Shown here: piece after piece, positions 42,201 to 55,600 of the stretch
How positions within the stretch are numbered: position 1 is the first letter of the stretch
Layout of the letters: each line of letters opens with the position of its first letter
NCBI GenBank assembly: GCA_036867785.1
Contig: CP145411.1
Location: forward strand, 124,001-188,000
DNA: 64,000 nucleotides
Direction: 5' to 3'
DNA from: Plasmodiophora brassicae
Lineage: Eukaryota
Notes under the pieces: generated by a model
What the model was told of the DNA's origin: nothing
Databases searched by the model: none
The model's input: only the letters and a program-made list of their open reading frames with translations
Made by a program: the position numbers and the translations under genes

Positions 42201-44428
42201 GTACGCCAGCAGGGCGGCGAGCAGGCCGGGGCCGCGCCGGCCGAACGCCAGCGATGACGACGACGCCGCCGTCGACGAGCGGTGCAGGCGCTCGACGGCC
42301 TTGACGACCTCGTCCGTGATCATGTCGGCCGTGTCGCCGCCGAGCGTGTCGCTGTACAGCAGGACGAGGGCGTGCAGCGTCCGGACCGCCTCGCAGTCCG
42401 CCGTCAGCGTCGGGGGCGGCGCCGGATCCGCGCCCGGCCCCGCTGCACCGGCGCCCGTCGCCGCTGCTGCCGCTGCCGCTGCCGTGGCCGGGTCGGCGCG
42501 GGTCGGCCCCGGCGCACTGCGCGACGGCTTCACCGGCGTGCTCGACGGCGTTTGCGACTGGACGGCGCGCTGCAGGTCGCGCTCCAGCAGGTTCTTCATG
42601 CGGACGGTGCCCGTGCGCAGCGTCGTCTGCCGGCGCTCCTGCATGGCGCGGATGGCGTCGTCGACGACGGCGTGCCAGTGGTCGCGGTCGTGGCGCGCCC
42701 CGAACTCCAGCTGGATCGACCGGCGCGACCCGACCACGTCGAGGACGAACTCGTCGCGCGCCTCGTACACCCTGGACGAGTCCGTGTGCGACAGCTCCAG
42801 CTGGCCCTTGAACCGGTACGACGGCGTGCACCACACTGCGGGGGCGGGCGCGCGTTAGCGAACGATCGGGCCGGCGGCCTGCCAACGCCGAACCTACAGA
42901 TCATGTCGCTGAAGACGAAGACGTGGCGGGCGTGCCGCCGGGACAGGGCCGTGCTGGACGACGAGCGCTTGCGAACGATGCCGTCCAGCAGGAGCTCGCG
43001 GTCCGGCTTGACGAGGGACGGGGCGCGCCCCGCGATCCGCGCCTGCAGCGTCAGCAGCTTGGTCAGGTCCTCGACGCGCTTCTTGCTGTCGTTCAGGTGG
43101 TCGGCGATCGCCCTGATCTTGTCGACCGCCTGCTGGATGACGGTGAACGCCGTGTGGTCCGAGGGCGTGTGCCGCGCCAGCTCCTGCAGCAGCAGCAGGT
43201 ACCGGGGGATGCGCTGGATCGGCGAGATCATCAGCGACGTCAGCTGGACGCCGGTGCCCGCCAGGAACCGGTTGAACGCGACGTTGTCGCGCAGGTCGGA
43301 CAGCATCTGCAGGCACCGGTCGAACCCGTTGACGTACTCGCTGTACAGCTTGAAGACGCCGGCGAACCGCACGAACACGCCGGGCACGCACGCGCACTGG
43401 ACCGTGCACGAGCACTCCTGCAGGTCGGCCAGCAGCAGCTTGTTCAGCGCCGCGATCGACGGCAGGTTGGCGAACAGGGCGCACGCCTTGTCGTCGGGGA
43501 TGACGCGCTTGGCGCGTAACGGCTCCATGACCTTGCGCATCAGGGTCTCCAGGCCGGCCACGTACGACTCCTCGGTCATCACGATCTCCCGCTCGACCCG
43601 GCACCGCGTCGACGCCTCCGTCCCGCCGCTGTGCACGCTGCCGGACGACGTCCCGTGCCGGTCCATCGCCGACAGCAGCGCCGGGATCGCCTCCGTCGCC
43701 GCGTCCGCATCACAGATCGGCAGCAGCAGGCGGAGCAGGGCGGCCGCCCGCCCGCGCACGCCCTCGTTGGCGTCGCTCAGCGACCCGATGGCGAATCGCG
43801 CCAGGTCGTCAGCGTGGGCGGCCAGCGTCTGCAGCGGCGCCAGGTCCCGGTGCTGGCCGCCGTACTTGTACAGCTGGCGGATGAAGGCGACCGTCGCCGT
43901 CAGCCAGCGCAGGCGCAGGCGCGGGTCGATGCTGGCCGTCAGGATGAAGGCGACGATCAGCGACGGGAACGGCAGCCGTGTCAGGTGCTCGTGCAGGAGC
44001 AGGTCGAGCGCGTGCGACCAGCACTGGCGCAGCAGGGCGTGCGGGTGCGCTAGGCCCAGCTTGGCAGACAGGAGGACCTGGGCGTAGTGCTGGTCGGCGT
44101 CGGCGTCGGTCAGGAGCCAGATGGCCGTGTCGCGTCGCACGACGCCCAGGACGGCGTTCAGGACGGTCGCGCCGGGCAGGTCGTCGACCGGCCAGGTCGT
44201 CAGCTCGATGAGCAGGCGCTTCGAGTACTGGCAGTGCGTCTTCAGGATGTCGACGACGGGTTTGCCGGTGTCGCCCGCCCGCAACGACGACAGCGCCGCC
44301 TGCCAGGTCGCCTCGCTGACGGCGGCGTCTGTCGGGCGCGACGCCGCCGACCATGTCGTGCGGCGCACGGCGACCGGGCCGCCCGTCGCCCACTGCTGCT
44401 GCTGCTGCTGCTGCTCGCCGGTGGTCAT
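39280..44428 (-). CDS. Large DH-PH RhoGEF with helical/ARM-like flanks (introns near 42836-42899 and 39763-39852)
   Basis: REIVMTEESYVAGLETL, LFANL..I, FKLYSEYVNGF, LTSLMISPIQRIPRYLLLLQEL.RHTP.DH, then PH RELLLDG..RHVFVFSD...DHW...IDDAI. Confidence 0.9.
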
Positions 44429-45465
44429 GCCGCGACCATCGACCAGCGATGACCGTCCTGCGCGCCCGCCCCACCAAACCCAAACGGTTAGCGAAATGTT
44501 GTTGAGGGCGCCGCCTTGGGGCTGGGGCCTACCCCTCCAAAAAAATTCGCCCTGGGCCTGCGCGCAAAACACGTCGCGAATCGTCGACGTCGTCCCCGCC
44601 CCGGAGCCGGTCCCGTCGGAGCCCCGCTGGGTGGTCAACAGGACGCACCCACCGAAACACAACAATGCGTACGGTTTGCGGGTCAGTCATGTCGCTAGCG
44701 GGTGCGACGCTCAGCCCCGGCGTACCGTCACAGGCACCCGCGTGGCGGAGGCTCTGGGGGGACTCTTCGGCAAAGGGCACGGGCACCGACGGGATGTATT
44801 GTAAGTATGAGGACGTCGGTCACGTAGCATGCTGACATGGGACCTTTGCGCTGTTGCGCAGACGCGGGTCTCGCGCACACCGCATACCTGTCGAGGGAGT
44901 GGACGCGCCGCGTGGGGTGAGTCATGTGTTCACCGGGCGTGAGTCACCCGTCAGGTCGACCTGGCAAATCAAGCAGCAGGTCGAGGCAGCCCACAATCGT
45001 TTACTGTATCGTGTGTTCGCAGCCGTTCCACAAGAGCTTACGTGCTCGTCGCTAGCGCCCTGCCCACAAACTCACCGGTGTCGCGCTCTACCTGTCTTAT
45101 GCGATCGTGCTCGACCCAGACGACGTCCTTATCGGTCTGCGGCCTGTCCTGACGTGTTTCAGGATCGCTCGCCATTGTTGCCGTCCTCGTCGACCACCTT
45201 TTACAAGACTAGCCTAGATTAGCAGGTTCGCCCTTAACATGCGATCGTCGTCGTTCGCCATCTACGCCAAGGTCGCTGCAGCGTCCACTGCCCGCCCGGC
45301 TGATCGTATGGGTCCTAGCATGCCGTCGACATCTTTCCCCGGCTCCGCTACGCTGACCAACCGACACCTGCTGATGAGTGCCCACATCGGACGCCAGCTG
45401 AACCTCCCGACGTTTAGTCGTTAAATACACATCATTGGCGCAATGTTGCATGGATGGTGCAAACA

Positions 45466-46610
45466 ATGATGCCAGCCAGCAGCGGGTACGCTAAACGCGC
45501 GCGAATCGCGATTAGCCCATTCAGCAAGGTACCATCGACGATCTAGCTACCGGTTGGCACTTGGTGCATGGGAGCAACCTTTGTGATGAGGCGATGAGGG
45601 CGCGAGGACGGTTCGCCCTGCATTCGGACCACGAGGTCCTCTGCATCAGCGGTTGCGATGGCGATGGGCACGACGTTGTTGACCCGCTGTCGTCACCAGA
45701 CACGATAGTCAGTACTAGCGCCCAGGGGTCGTCCATTGAGCCGCCTCGGCTCTTATCACCGTACAGGCTGAACTCACGGGCCGCACTGACATCTGGAACA
45801 TCGAGCGCCTGGACCTGATCCTAGACGCGTCGTGCCATTCCCTGACGTCGTTATCGGTTCATCTCCCGGCGCTCCGATACCTGAATTTGTCGGGGAGCAC
45901 CGTGCGTTCGGCTCGGGCGCTAGGAAGTTCGATACGCAACGTGCAGGTCATCTGGTTGGCGCGCTGCGCTCTGGACGACCTAGAAGGCATCACGGCTTGC
46001 AAGCGGCTTACCGAACTCTACGTCGCATTCAACAATATCCGCGACCTGTCTCCGCTTGTCTTCGCCGATGAAACCCTCGCCGTGCTCGACCTAGAAGGGT
46101 TCAACGATCGCATACTGTCTGCATCCGGAGGCGCCGGTTAGTAACAATGTGCGTCGCAGGAACGAAATTGAGAACGACGACGCGATCGACATTCTGACAC
46201 GGCTCCCGGCCCTAACCGATCTAGTCCTGCGACATAATCCCATCGGCAGATACAGGCGACGACTGTGTTTGGAAGCGCCCCGCCTGGCAATGCTCGACGA
46301 TCGTCCGACAGACGACCACAATGACGGGGACATCTCGCGACTAGACTACGTCATCGAAGGCATACGTAACAGGTGCGCCTGCGGGTACGTCCAGAATGCG
46401 GGCCGTTAACATCCCCATAGCAGCCTGCACAGGACGGACGGCGTCGATGTCGGTAAGCGACAATCACAGCCTGCCGCGCAAGACGACGAAGACGACGCAT
46501 CAAGCGACCTGACCAAAGGTGTCACATTGTGCGGGAGCCCTGTTCTAGCAATGCGATCGCGAAGAAGGAATCAACTTCATCCTAGCAATATAACACAGCG
46601 CAGGAATTGA
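45466..46610 (+). CDS. LRRC56/ODA8-like leucine-rich-repeat protein (multi-exon; start uncertain)
   Basis: LPALRYLNLSGSTVRSARALGSSIRNVQVIWLARCALDDLEGI..CKRLTELYVAFNNIRDLSPL..LAVLDLEGNEI...LVLRHNP, and C-terminal SDLT...CGSP..AMRSRR. Confidence 0.78.
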
Positions 46611-46637
46611 CATCAATGTTCGAAACGGCTGCCGATA

Positions 46638-49600
46638 TCACTGGGCGCCACGCTCCCGGTTCTCCTCATTCGTAGCACGCGTTTCGCCTTCGCCGTCGGA
46701 CTCGCCGTCACTCCAGCTCATGTTCTGGTTCATCTGGCTCTCCTGCGTCGTGTCTGCGTCGATCGTCTTGCAGTTATGGATGGCGTACAGGAGCTTGTCG
46801 CTCATGATAGCATCCGAGGAGTACCGCGGAAGTTCCAGCGCGAAGAAACAGGTGTGGGCAACTGGAAGGTACTGGTCGTGGATCATCGACGTGCCATACG
46901 TCAACGGCATCGCGTTCTGCGCCAGGATGGCCGCCGTATGATCCGAGATCTTGAACGCGTCTTTGCCGAAGCCGACCTTGGTGGTGGGGAGGCGCGAGCG
47001 TCCCCAGACGAACTGGAGGAATTCGCGCCGGTCTTGTGCCGAGAACGATTCGATGACGCGCCAGAACATCTGGATGTGCGGGTCCGTCTCGCGAACGTTG
47101 CCGGAGTAGATCGTCTTCTCTCGCAGCAGCTGAATGTCGATATCCGGGTTGCCACAGACCAGGACTTCCAGTTGCTGCCAGGTGAACAACGCTAGGAGGT
47201 CGATCGGAAGCATCTGGGCCAGACCTCGACAGATTGCGCCGATCTGTACCTCGAGCTCGTGGAGCCGGAACTCCTCGACGGCGCAAGCATACTCCAGACG
47301 GTTGGCCCAGGTTACCTGACGGTGGGCGTCATCCGGAGCCAGCTCGACCTCGACGCCATCGGCGTTCGGTGCAGTGAAGCACAAGTCAGGGAAGACGTAC
47401 TCGAATGTGTCCTCGGTGATCGACTCAACCTCAGGGCGCCTCATCAGATGCAGCGTTCTGTAGACTGGGTAGTCGACAGCCTTCAGGTCAGCGAGATCCA
47501 GGGGCTCGCGGACGATGGTTTTCCAAACCATCGACGGCAGGTCGATTGAAAGCGTCCGGTTTTGCGATAGACATGCAATGCCCATCAATTTGCCGACGAA
47601 CTCGAACCAGGCAATGTGCTGTGGATCATTTGCAGACGGCGACGGCATCCACTTTTCGCGGTTATCACCGATCTTGTGTTTGCCATTTGGCGTCGGGACG
47701 AAGAGAGGCAGGCGGTAGGACATGAGCTCATCGCAGATGTTCGACAACGATGCGTTGAAGAGCCCACCAACATCGTGACCACGTTCGCCGACGAACTTGA
47801 CACGCCAAGCCTGGCCCTTGCGACGAAGCGATTCAGCATCGACCAATCGAAGCTGGGAGTACAACTGGAAGAAGATGGTGTGGCGAATGGCGGGCGTCAG
47901 AACCTTTCCTGCGGCGTTAACAGCGGATCGTTCTTTGGCAGCCTCGTGCCGGTTGAGAATTACGTTCTGAGGGTCCTTCTCTTTCGAATACATTCGCTGG
48001 ACGGACTGCGTTAGGATGGCCAGCTTCGCTTCGTGGAAGATGAGCCGCTTGCACCTGCGCATGAGTGTCCCTAGCGACCTCTCTTGCATATTCCACAACG
48101 GAGCAACAGGTATAATGATGGCAGCGACCAGCTGGTTGATCATTTTCAGGACACCGAACCGCGACCGTATATGGGGCATAGGAATGCCTTTCAATGAAGG
48201 GTACAATGTGACAAGTTCAGATGGCTTCGGCTCCGTGATATCGACGAACGTGAGTGAGCGCAGTCGTCTAGCGTTCTGGCTAATCAATGCATTGACGTAT
48301 GCCACCAGCTGTTCGTTGGCTTCTCGACTCCAGTATGGAGCCCGTTCGGCTTCTTGTGATGATGGCATGCTGGACTGAACCCGAGCCAGGCTTACCTCGT
48401 CACTAAGAGTAGTGACCGTCTTCACCCAGTTCGGACGAGATGCGCGCCACGAGGTGACCAGAGCAGACTCCCGGTTATCGTCCTTCTCATCTCTCCAACG
48501 GAACGATTCTTCCAGATCGCGAAGGCAAACAGCATACTGGGCGAGCGTGTGAGCTTCACGAACGCGAGATTCCCAGTCTTTGTGACGAAGTGACCACATT
48601 GGCTCAAACGCAGAATCGAGCATTGAACGACGAAGCATGAGCAGGATGTCAGCGAGATAGTCGACGTCTTTGAAGGTATTCACCATCGACATCCAGAAAC
48701 GCCGTTCGTCTTTCCATTTCGAAATCTGTTTGTTGAGCTTGATGGACGTTTCCAATTCCTTCAAGCACAGGCGGAAGAGAGCCATTGTGTTCAGGTGCTC
48801 ATACGAGAGAGCAAAGATCTGAGAGGAGGGTAACTTGCGACCATTATACAAACACTCGAGCACCATCTCAACGCGAGCGACATCGACTGCCGTGACTTTG
48901 CCGATTGCAATACGCATATCCCATGGATTCACTGGAATGCCATTGACGACCTGAAGGACGTCGATTTCGTAGGTCTGGAACGCGGTCTGCGGGAAGATGA
49001 CCCTAGTCAGACGTAACAAGTCCTCGAGGGCCTTTAAAAACGGCGAAAACGAAGACCCAACAGGAGCACGCATGTTAGCTTCTCGAACTCGATCACGTGT
49101 CGTTTGGAGACCGGCAATGTCACCGCTGCCGCCAATCCGCTCAAGAAACGACGTTCGGGTGCCCCAGTCGATGTACATCTCTGAATAGCGAGAGAAAAGC
49201 TTCTCAAGGGACATGGTGACAAAAACTTTTGAGGGCGAGGAGGAGCATCGAAGGAACCGTATCAGAGCGCGGACCAGGTCGTGACATCGTTCGTGACGCA
49301 AACACGAATCGATCAAATCGTTACTGGTGAGTAGCGACAGCAGATTCCATCCGAGAGGGGCCCGAAGAATGTCGCGTTCATCCTCGAACCGGTAGCCTAG
49401 CGGACGGACTCTCACAGCGAATCCGAATTCGACTTTCCCAGTTGGGCGAGGCTGGCCGCTTCCAAACTGGACAAAGAAGCGGTTTCCTCTCACGATAAAA
49501 GGGCGAAATCCACTCCCAGTAGAATTGCCTGGAGACTGGAATCCCGTGCCGGACATAATGGCAATTTCTGATGTACACTCTGGGTCCGACCAAAACGATA

Positions 49601-52600
49601 CCACGGCATGCCCTTCCTTCAGTTGCGAACGACGATCGAATTCCACCAGGAGTTCATTCGCGTTCTCGATGTAGACCTCTTCTTTCGTTTGCGACGAGTC
49701 AGGATAAGGATGGGCGGTTGACACCTCCGCTACGCGAGATGAAGAGCGGCGCAAGTGGACGATGCAGTCATCAATGAGGAACGGCAGCATCTCTTCAGAG
49801 TATTTCGGATGAACAGCAAGTGCCCGCAACAAGAACCAGATAGACACGCCCTGACTGCTCATGTGGTCTATGTCATTTGCTACGAGCTTTAGGATCGAAA
49901 TGACGTCGATCACTTTCAAATTGAGCTTCGACAGAGTCAGCGAGGGCTGGGCGTTTTCGTCCTGAGGCTCAGAGGTTGTCTCAGCAGGTATTTGTGTTAC
50001 CGGCGATGAATCGTTGTTGCCGCTGAGGCTTAATCGCATGATCGACAGAACAGCACGACGCGCGAAAACAATTCCTAGCGCAACGTACGCGTCGACAAGA
50101 AGACCGTCTACGCCCAGCTTGCGTCGTTGAGAGATTTCGTTAGGCATCTCCTCGCCAACCCACGCATCTGGCCACTCCAGAGCAACAAGCGGGCAAAGAA
50201 CGCCTGGAACGTTGTCGACCTTGTTATGTAGTAATGAGATGAGAGCATCGAGACATTGAGTCAGACACACCAAGTACCTGCGGATGTCCTGAATCCGACG
50301 AGCACAGAGGGAACGCGACGCGAGCCCGTGATCTTTGGCGATCAATCGAAACTATAGTCCCAATAGCGCCACCGTATGCCAGAAGCGGAGTAAACAGCGA
50401 AGAATCCGCTTCGGGGTCATCGTCACTGGAAGAATTCGCTACAGCCTTCGCGGGCGCTGGATTCAACAACGCTTCTCGCCTTTTGGCCTGTTCCTGCAGC
50501 AAGGTCAGCATGCTCGCTACGTGGGGAAATCCGATATAACGCAAAACCTTGTCGAGGTTCTCCAGCACAGTAGAATTAGCAAATATCCACTCAACCGCGA
50601 GATTCGGGTCGAAGTTATTCTTTTGCAACGCCTGGACGACCCATGATTTCGGCATATCGGCCACAACGAGCTGGACCTATTAAGGAGTCATCACAAACAT
50701 TCACGCTGTCAAGCGGCCTGTGGCACAGACCCTCTCCACAGTTTCCCGTTGAGAACTGGACAGAGCATCTAACATTCGCTCTAGAATTTGCTCATCAGAA
50801 AGGATTTCGTCTGCAACTAAACATCGCGGTTCAGACGCGATAACCGTATCAAGAAGGACCCCGCCCAAACCTGGTGACTGATCATTTGCTTCGTTCTTGT
50901 TCGCTACAGTCTGAAATGGAGACTGGACGCTCTTCTCGACTCTCCTTCTGCGAAGGCGTACCATATACCCTGTAAGGCTGTGATACATTGCCATGCGGTC
51001 CAGGCGAAACTATGCATCGTGTCAAGGCAGAGGAGAAAGAATAGCCGCATTAACGAACCATGAACGGCTCGGAGTCGAGAATGGCCGTGCATAAAGAATC
51101 CCCCAGCCTCCAGCGTTCCTCGAGTTGGGCAGTGACATTGTCGTCAAACGGTTCCCATGTGTTCTGGACGGAGTTCAGGTACCAACGGTACATGTAGCGG
51201 CCCGATCCTGCTCCTCCGGTTCCTTCTCCGCCTAGGACCCTGTCGCGAGCGGAAACCCAAGACCGAGATATTCTAACAGCCTGCGACCTAAATGTGAGCG
51301 GTAGAAACATCTGATAGTAGGTGCCTAATATACCTGTCCTTCTCGCAGGTCGTCAATCGTCAGCGATAACGACAAATGCTTCAAGCTGGAGGAAGACGGA
51401 ACAGAGCTTTTTGCCCTGTCGGGAACCGCTTCGGAGTCCCTGTAGAATCATAGGTTCAGGCGTGGAAGACGCGTTACACTGTTAAGAGCATACCGGGTTT
51501 GTTGGACGTCCCCAGGCTGTAACGCCAATCTGTTATAGACGTCGCTTTCAGCCTCAAAATTGCCATCAAGCTGGTCGGACGGCAAGCGCCAGAGCAGATC
51601 GCGGGCAACGTCGCCATCTCCCATTTCCTGTAAGGTTCCATCATTGAATGAAAAGGTCTGGATGCTTTAGATGCATCACCCACTTGGAAGAAATCGACGC
51701 CCTCTGTTCCCCATTCACATTCGTCGCTGAAGGGGTTCGCCAAAGCTTCAGTACTGCGAACATCAATCGCAAGAACTTCTGCTTCTCTGGCCCCATTGTC
51801 CATTAACCAGTTTGCAGCCAACGTTTCATTCCCTTTGCATAGTCGAAGAGCTTTCTCACAGACGACTACTGGGAACCCTAATGCAGACAGGCGTGTGATC
51901 ATATCACCAGTCTGGCTCTGTCGGCAACTGTCAGCAAATTCACTGGTGGTGGTCAACTGAAAGTACCTTCGGAGAAAGCGAAGATGTCATCGTTTGATTT
52001 CGTCGAAGGCGTGCACTCTCAACAGAGTTGCGTTGCGTTACGAGCCAGGACTTAGCCAGCTCTAACCCGTCGGGAATCTTTGAAAACATCTATAGCCCAG
52101 TAAGGCAAGCAATTAGAGTATACCCTCAACCATCTAACCTGAGAGGCCTTTGTACACCAGTCGATATGTTCGTCCATGGAATCGCGCAGAGTTTGTTTAT
52201 CGATCGAAAGGATCCCGTAACTCTGGACAAAGTTTTAGCACGTATACGCAACATGAATAAACGAGGTGTGCGATACCTGTTCGATAACTCGTTGATCGTG
52301 AACCAGCATACCAAGCCGACAGCACTTGATTTCTAAGTCTTGCAAGTCGGAAGCTTCGTGGAGAGGAATAGGCATTCGTGCAACTTGGAGTAGGTTCCTG
52401 ACAAATGCTGGGGACTCGATGATCGCGCAAAGCGTGTCTTGCGAAACCAGAGAAGGCAGGCTCTGCAACAACGACAGAAACGCCTTGAGGCCATAGGCTT
52501 GCAGCTGCGCAAACATCAAAGACGGTTGGAAGCGAATATCACTGTCAAGTATGACAATGGCGTTTCTAGAATTGTCGACACTCGACCGACGCCGATCAGC

Positions 52601-55600
52601 ACTCCCAGACGGTCTGAGCGAGATGAGGAAGAGTAGAGAGTTGATAGCTTGTCTCGTGAGTAGCAGTGAACCGTACTGAAGGCAGTCAGGTACTGCTTGA
52701 ATATCTCGTAAATCACGCTCAGTTAACGAAAGAGACAGGTCCGAGTCACGAATGAGGACAGCTTTTGACTTGGAGATGCCAACGACAGTAGAGATATTCG
52801 ACGTGTTCGAACTTTCGCCACCTGTGCGTCGCTGATCACGTTGCGAACGAGTCGGAGTTCCTCCATTGCAATTACTAACGACCCGAGAGCCAACGGTTAT
52901 CGGATCAACATAGTTTCCAAGGAACCGTAACACTCCAATTAGATCGAGAATCGCTTGAGGATCCTTCATCGGAGACGAGCTTGAATGGGTTTCGAGCATC
53001 GGGATAACGGAGTTTAACAGTGTCAAGTGAAGCGAAACGACTCGAGAAATAAGCGGGGCCCACGAGGACTCCGTTTGCAAGCTTCGCAAAAGTTTGACTG
53101 CACAACGCGCTCGTAGATTGGCTTGGGTGGACGAGTTGGCCAGCGATGAAATCGAGGCAGTAGAGGGGGTTTCCGGTTTCTCATCCAGCGACACCCGGCA
53201 CATACCGTCGAAATCAGTTCCGCATGTGTTTCGCCCAATCATCCTCATAAGGTCTTCAATGAGTTGGACAGGCGTGCCGTTGGCTCCGTCGAAGTATACT
53301 TCGGCGAGCCTCTCTGGTTTAACTCGTGAAAAAACGATGGAAGCGATAGATGTAACCCTTCTGAAGCATCGAGGCGAAAGCTGCCTGGATAATGAGGTGC
53401 CGCTGAAGCCATCAGCAAGGTAAATAGCAAGCAGCGTAATCCACGGCTTTGACGATCTCAGATGATCAAGCGCTCGCGATGGTGATTGAGTTTGAGTTGC
53501 ATGGCAGGAGAGGAGGAGAACGCTGAGAATTTCAAATATCACATACTCGTGGCGAGAATAATCGACTGACGCCGAGGAAGGCCAATCAGCCGAGAGCTCA
53601 CGATGCATTTCGTCCAATACCGACCCTTGCCATGGGTCTATTCTTCCGTCAGACCTAACCGCGTTCTCAGAGTTAACGCCGATCCCGTCGGACCGATCAT
53701 GACAGAAGCTCAAAAGGCTGACAGCGTTGAACACACGACGCAGAGCGCTCTGAACCAGATTGTAGTTTTCACGATGCGTGTCCAGTCGTAAGAGCTCAGT
53801 GAACCGCAGGCTCCTCAACAGAACAAAATCTGATAAGCGAAAGCCAATCTTCCAGAAATCTACTAGCACCAGCGCTGACAAGGTGCTATCGTCCTCTGCA
53901 TAAATCAGATCAGCGACAACTCAACGTGGAGGGCGTCATTCCTTCGGTGACATACTGTTTCCGTTCACAATTTGATTGAAGAGAGTGGCCGCCCTTCCAG
54001 CAACTACAGCATAGGCGTTGCGTACAGAGCCGAGGAGCTCGACCCCGGCTGATTCTATCCGATCAAAGAAATGTGGAGCGATCGAATCGGGCAACACTGG
54101 CCAATCCCGTACGGCTGAGACGAGCTCAACAACGATCGCGATTTTCAGCGAGCTCGGAACCCGGTGAGACAACTGCGATAGTATTTCGAATCCTTGGGAA
54201 CGTCGATGTGCGCGCCGTACGACAGATTCCAGTGAATAACTGAGCTCTCTAGGGTCAACCCTTTCATCCTGAGCCGACTTAGAAGGGAAACAACAAAGTA
54301 ATGAGTCGAGTCAGATACCTTGATAAAATCGATGATCGCGTCGCTAATCGTACGATGGAACATTGGGTTGTTCATGGACCGGAACTGCGGTATCATCTCC
54401 AAGAACGTGTTTCGAAGCATTTTCCAACGTTCGAAAGGAGTGACCGTTATCGTGCGACCGCTCGGAGATCGAGGAGAGGATCCCCCATCGTCTGACCGGG
54501 CCGCATCAACGGACCTACGTTGCAGGAGGCGGCGAAGCGTGGTTGACGTCTGTCGCATAAGTGCTGGGTGCAGGGCGATTCGACAACCGGATTCGGTGTT
54601 GAGGAGAAGCATGCATTTGCTGACTACAGAATCTCGGATAGCCTCGTAAGTCAACGTATCTTCGGTCTCGCACTGCTGATTCTCATGACCGTTGCTACAC
54701 CTATTAGGTACACCGTTCAGGGCTCAAGGCATTCTACAACAGTGGTATTCAGCAGACCTGTAGAAATCGCTGTCGTAAATGACAGACTGCTTGCAGTTCT
54801 TCTCGATACAAACACTTTGAATTCCTTCCTGGTGGAGGAAGACCCAGTGTCCTTTCAGTGAGTCAGCGACTGACCAAAGTTTGAGCAGGTCCGAATTCTC
54901 AGGTTGCGTGACAAGCTCAGCTTTGTTGCTACGTTTAATGTCAGCTTCGCATGCAGCATGAATGCGTGAGACGTACTCGTCCGAGCAGTCAAGAATCTTC
55001 TTGGCAAGTGCTCTCGCAGTTTCAGTGAGCCCTCCATGTTTTAAGAGAACTGTTACAACAGAACGGGTCGCTTGCGCAATGGCATCCCCTCCAGATTTTC
55101 GGTGCGGAAACCCCTTAAACTGTGGAAGATCTAGTACAGCCTTATTGAGTGCTCCCGCTGACTCTTTACCATCAATGAGATCCGCGAAGAACCGTCTATC
55201 CTCCGACATCTTCATGACTCGAATCTCGCAGGAACCATCGGCGTCTCCCAACTCCGTTGCATATTGAGTTCGATCAAAGCCACCCTGAGATGGACCATTT
55301 AGGATCACGGTATACAACGCTAAACGAAAGCAGACCTTGAACAAGATAGACTTGAGCCACTGTTGAACGGATTCCGACGGACTGCCTTGAGAAGAGCCAG
55401 AGGTGTCCTGGTCGAGTTTGCCTGAGAGAACGTTGAAGTCGCCCCCGACACCTTCATGGACAAATTTAGAAGAAGCAAGTCGATCACAGCATTACGTACC
55501 GGTGACACAGTTCCGAGCCAACTTTGCCAATACCCAGGCAGTAAGATGTCGAAGAAACGCGAACCATGCCGGCAACCCGGACGGACTGCAGATAGTTGCT

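Noticed and set aside
39549-44087. Several 300-680-aa plus-strand ORFs
   Set aside because: Antisense shadows of the GC-rich RhoGEF gene, with Arg/Gly/Pro-biased translations and no motifs.
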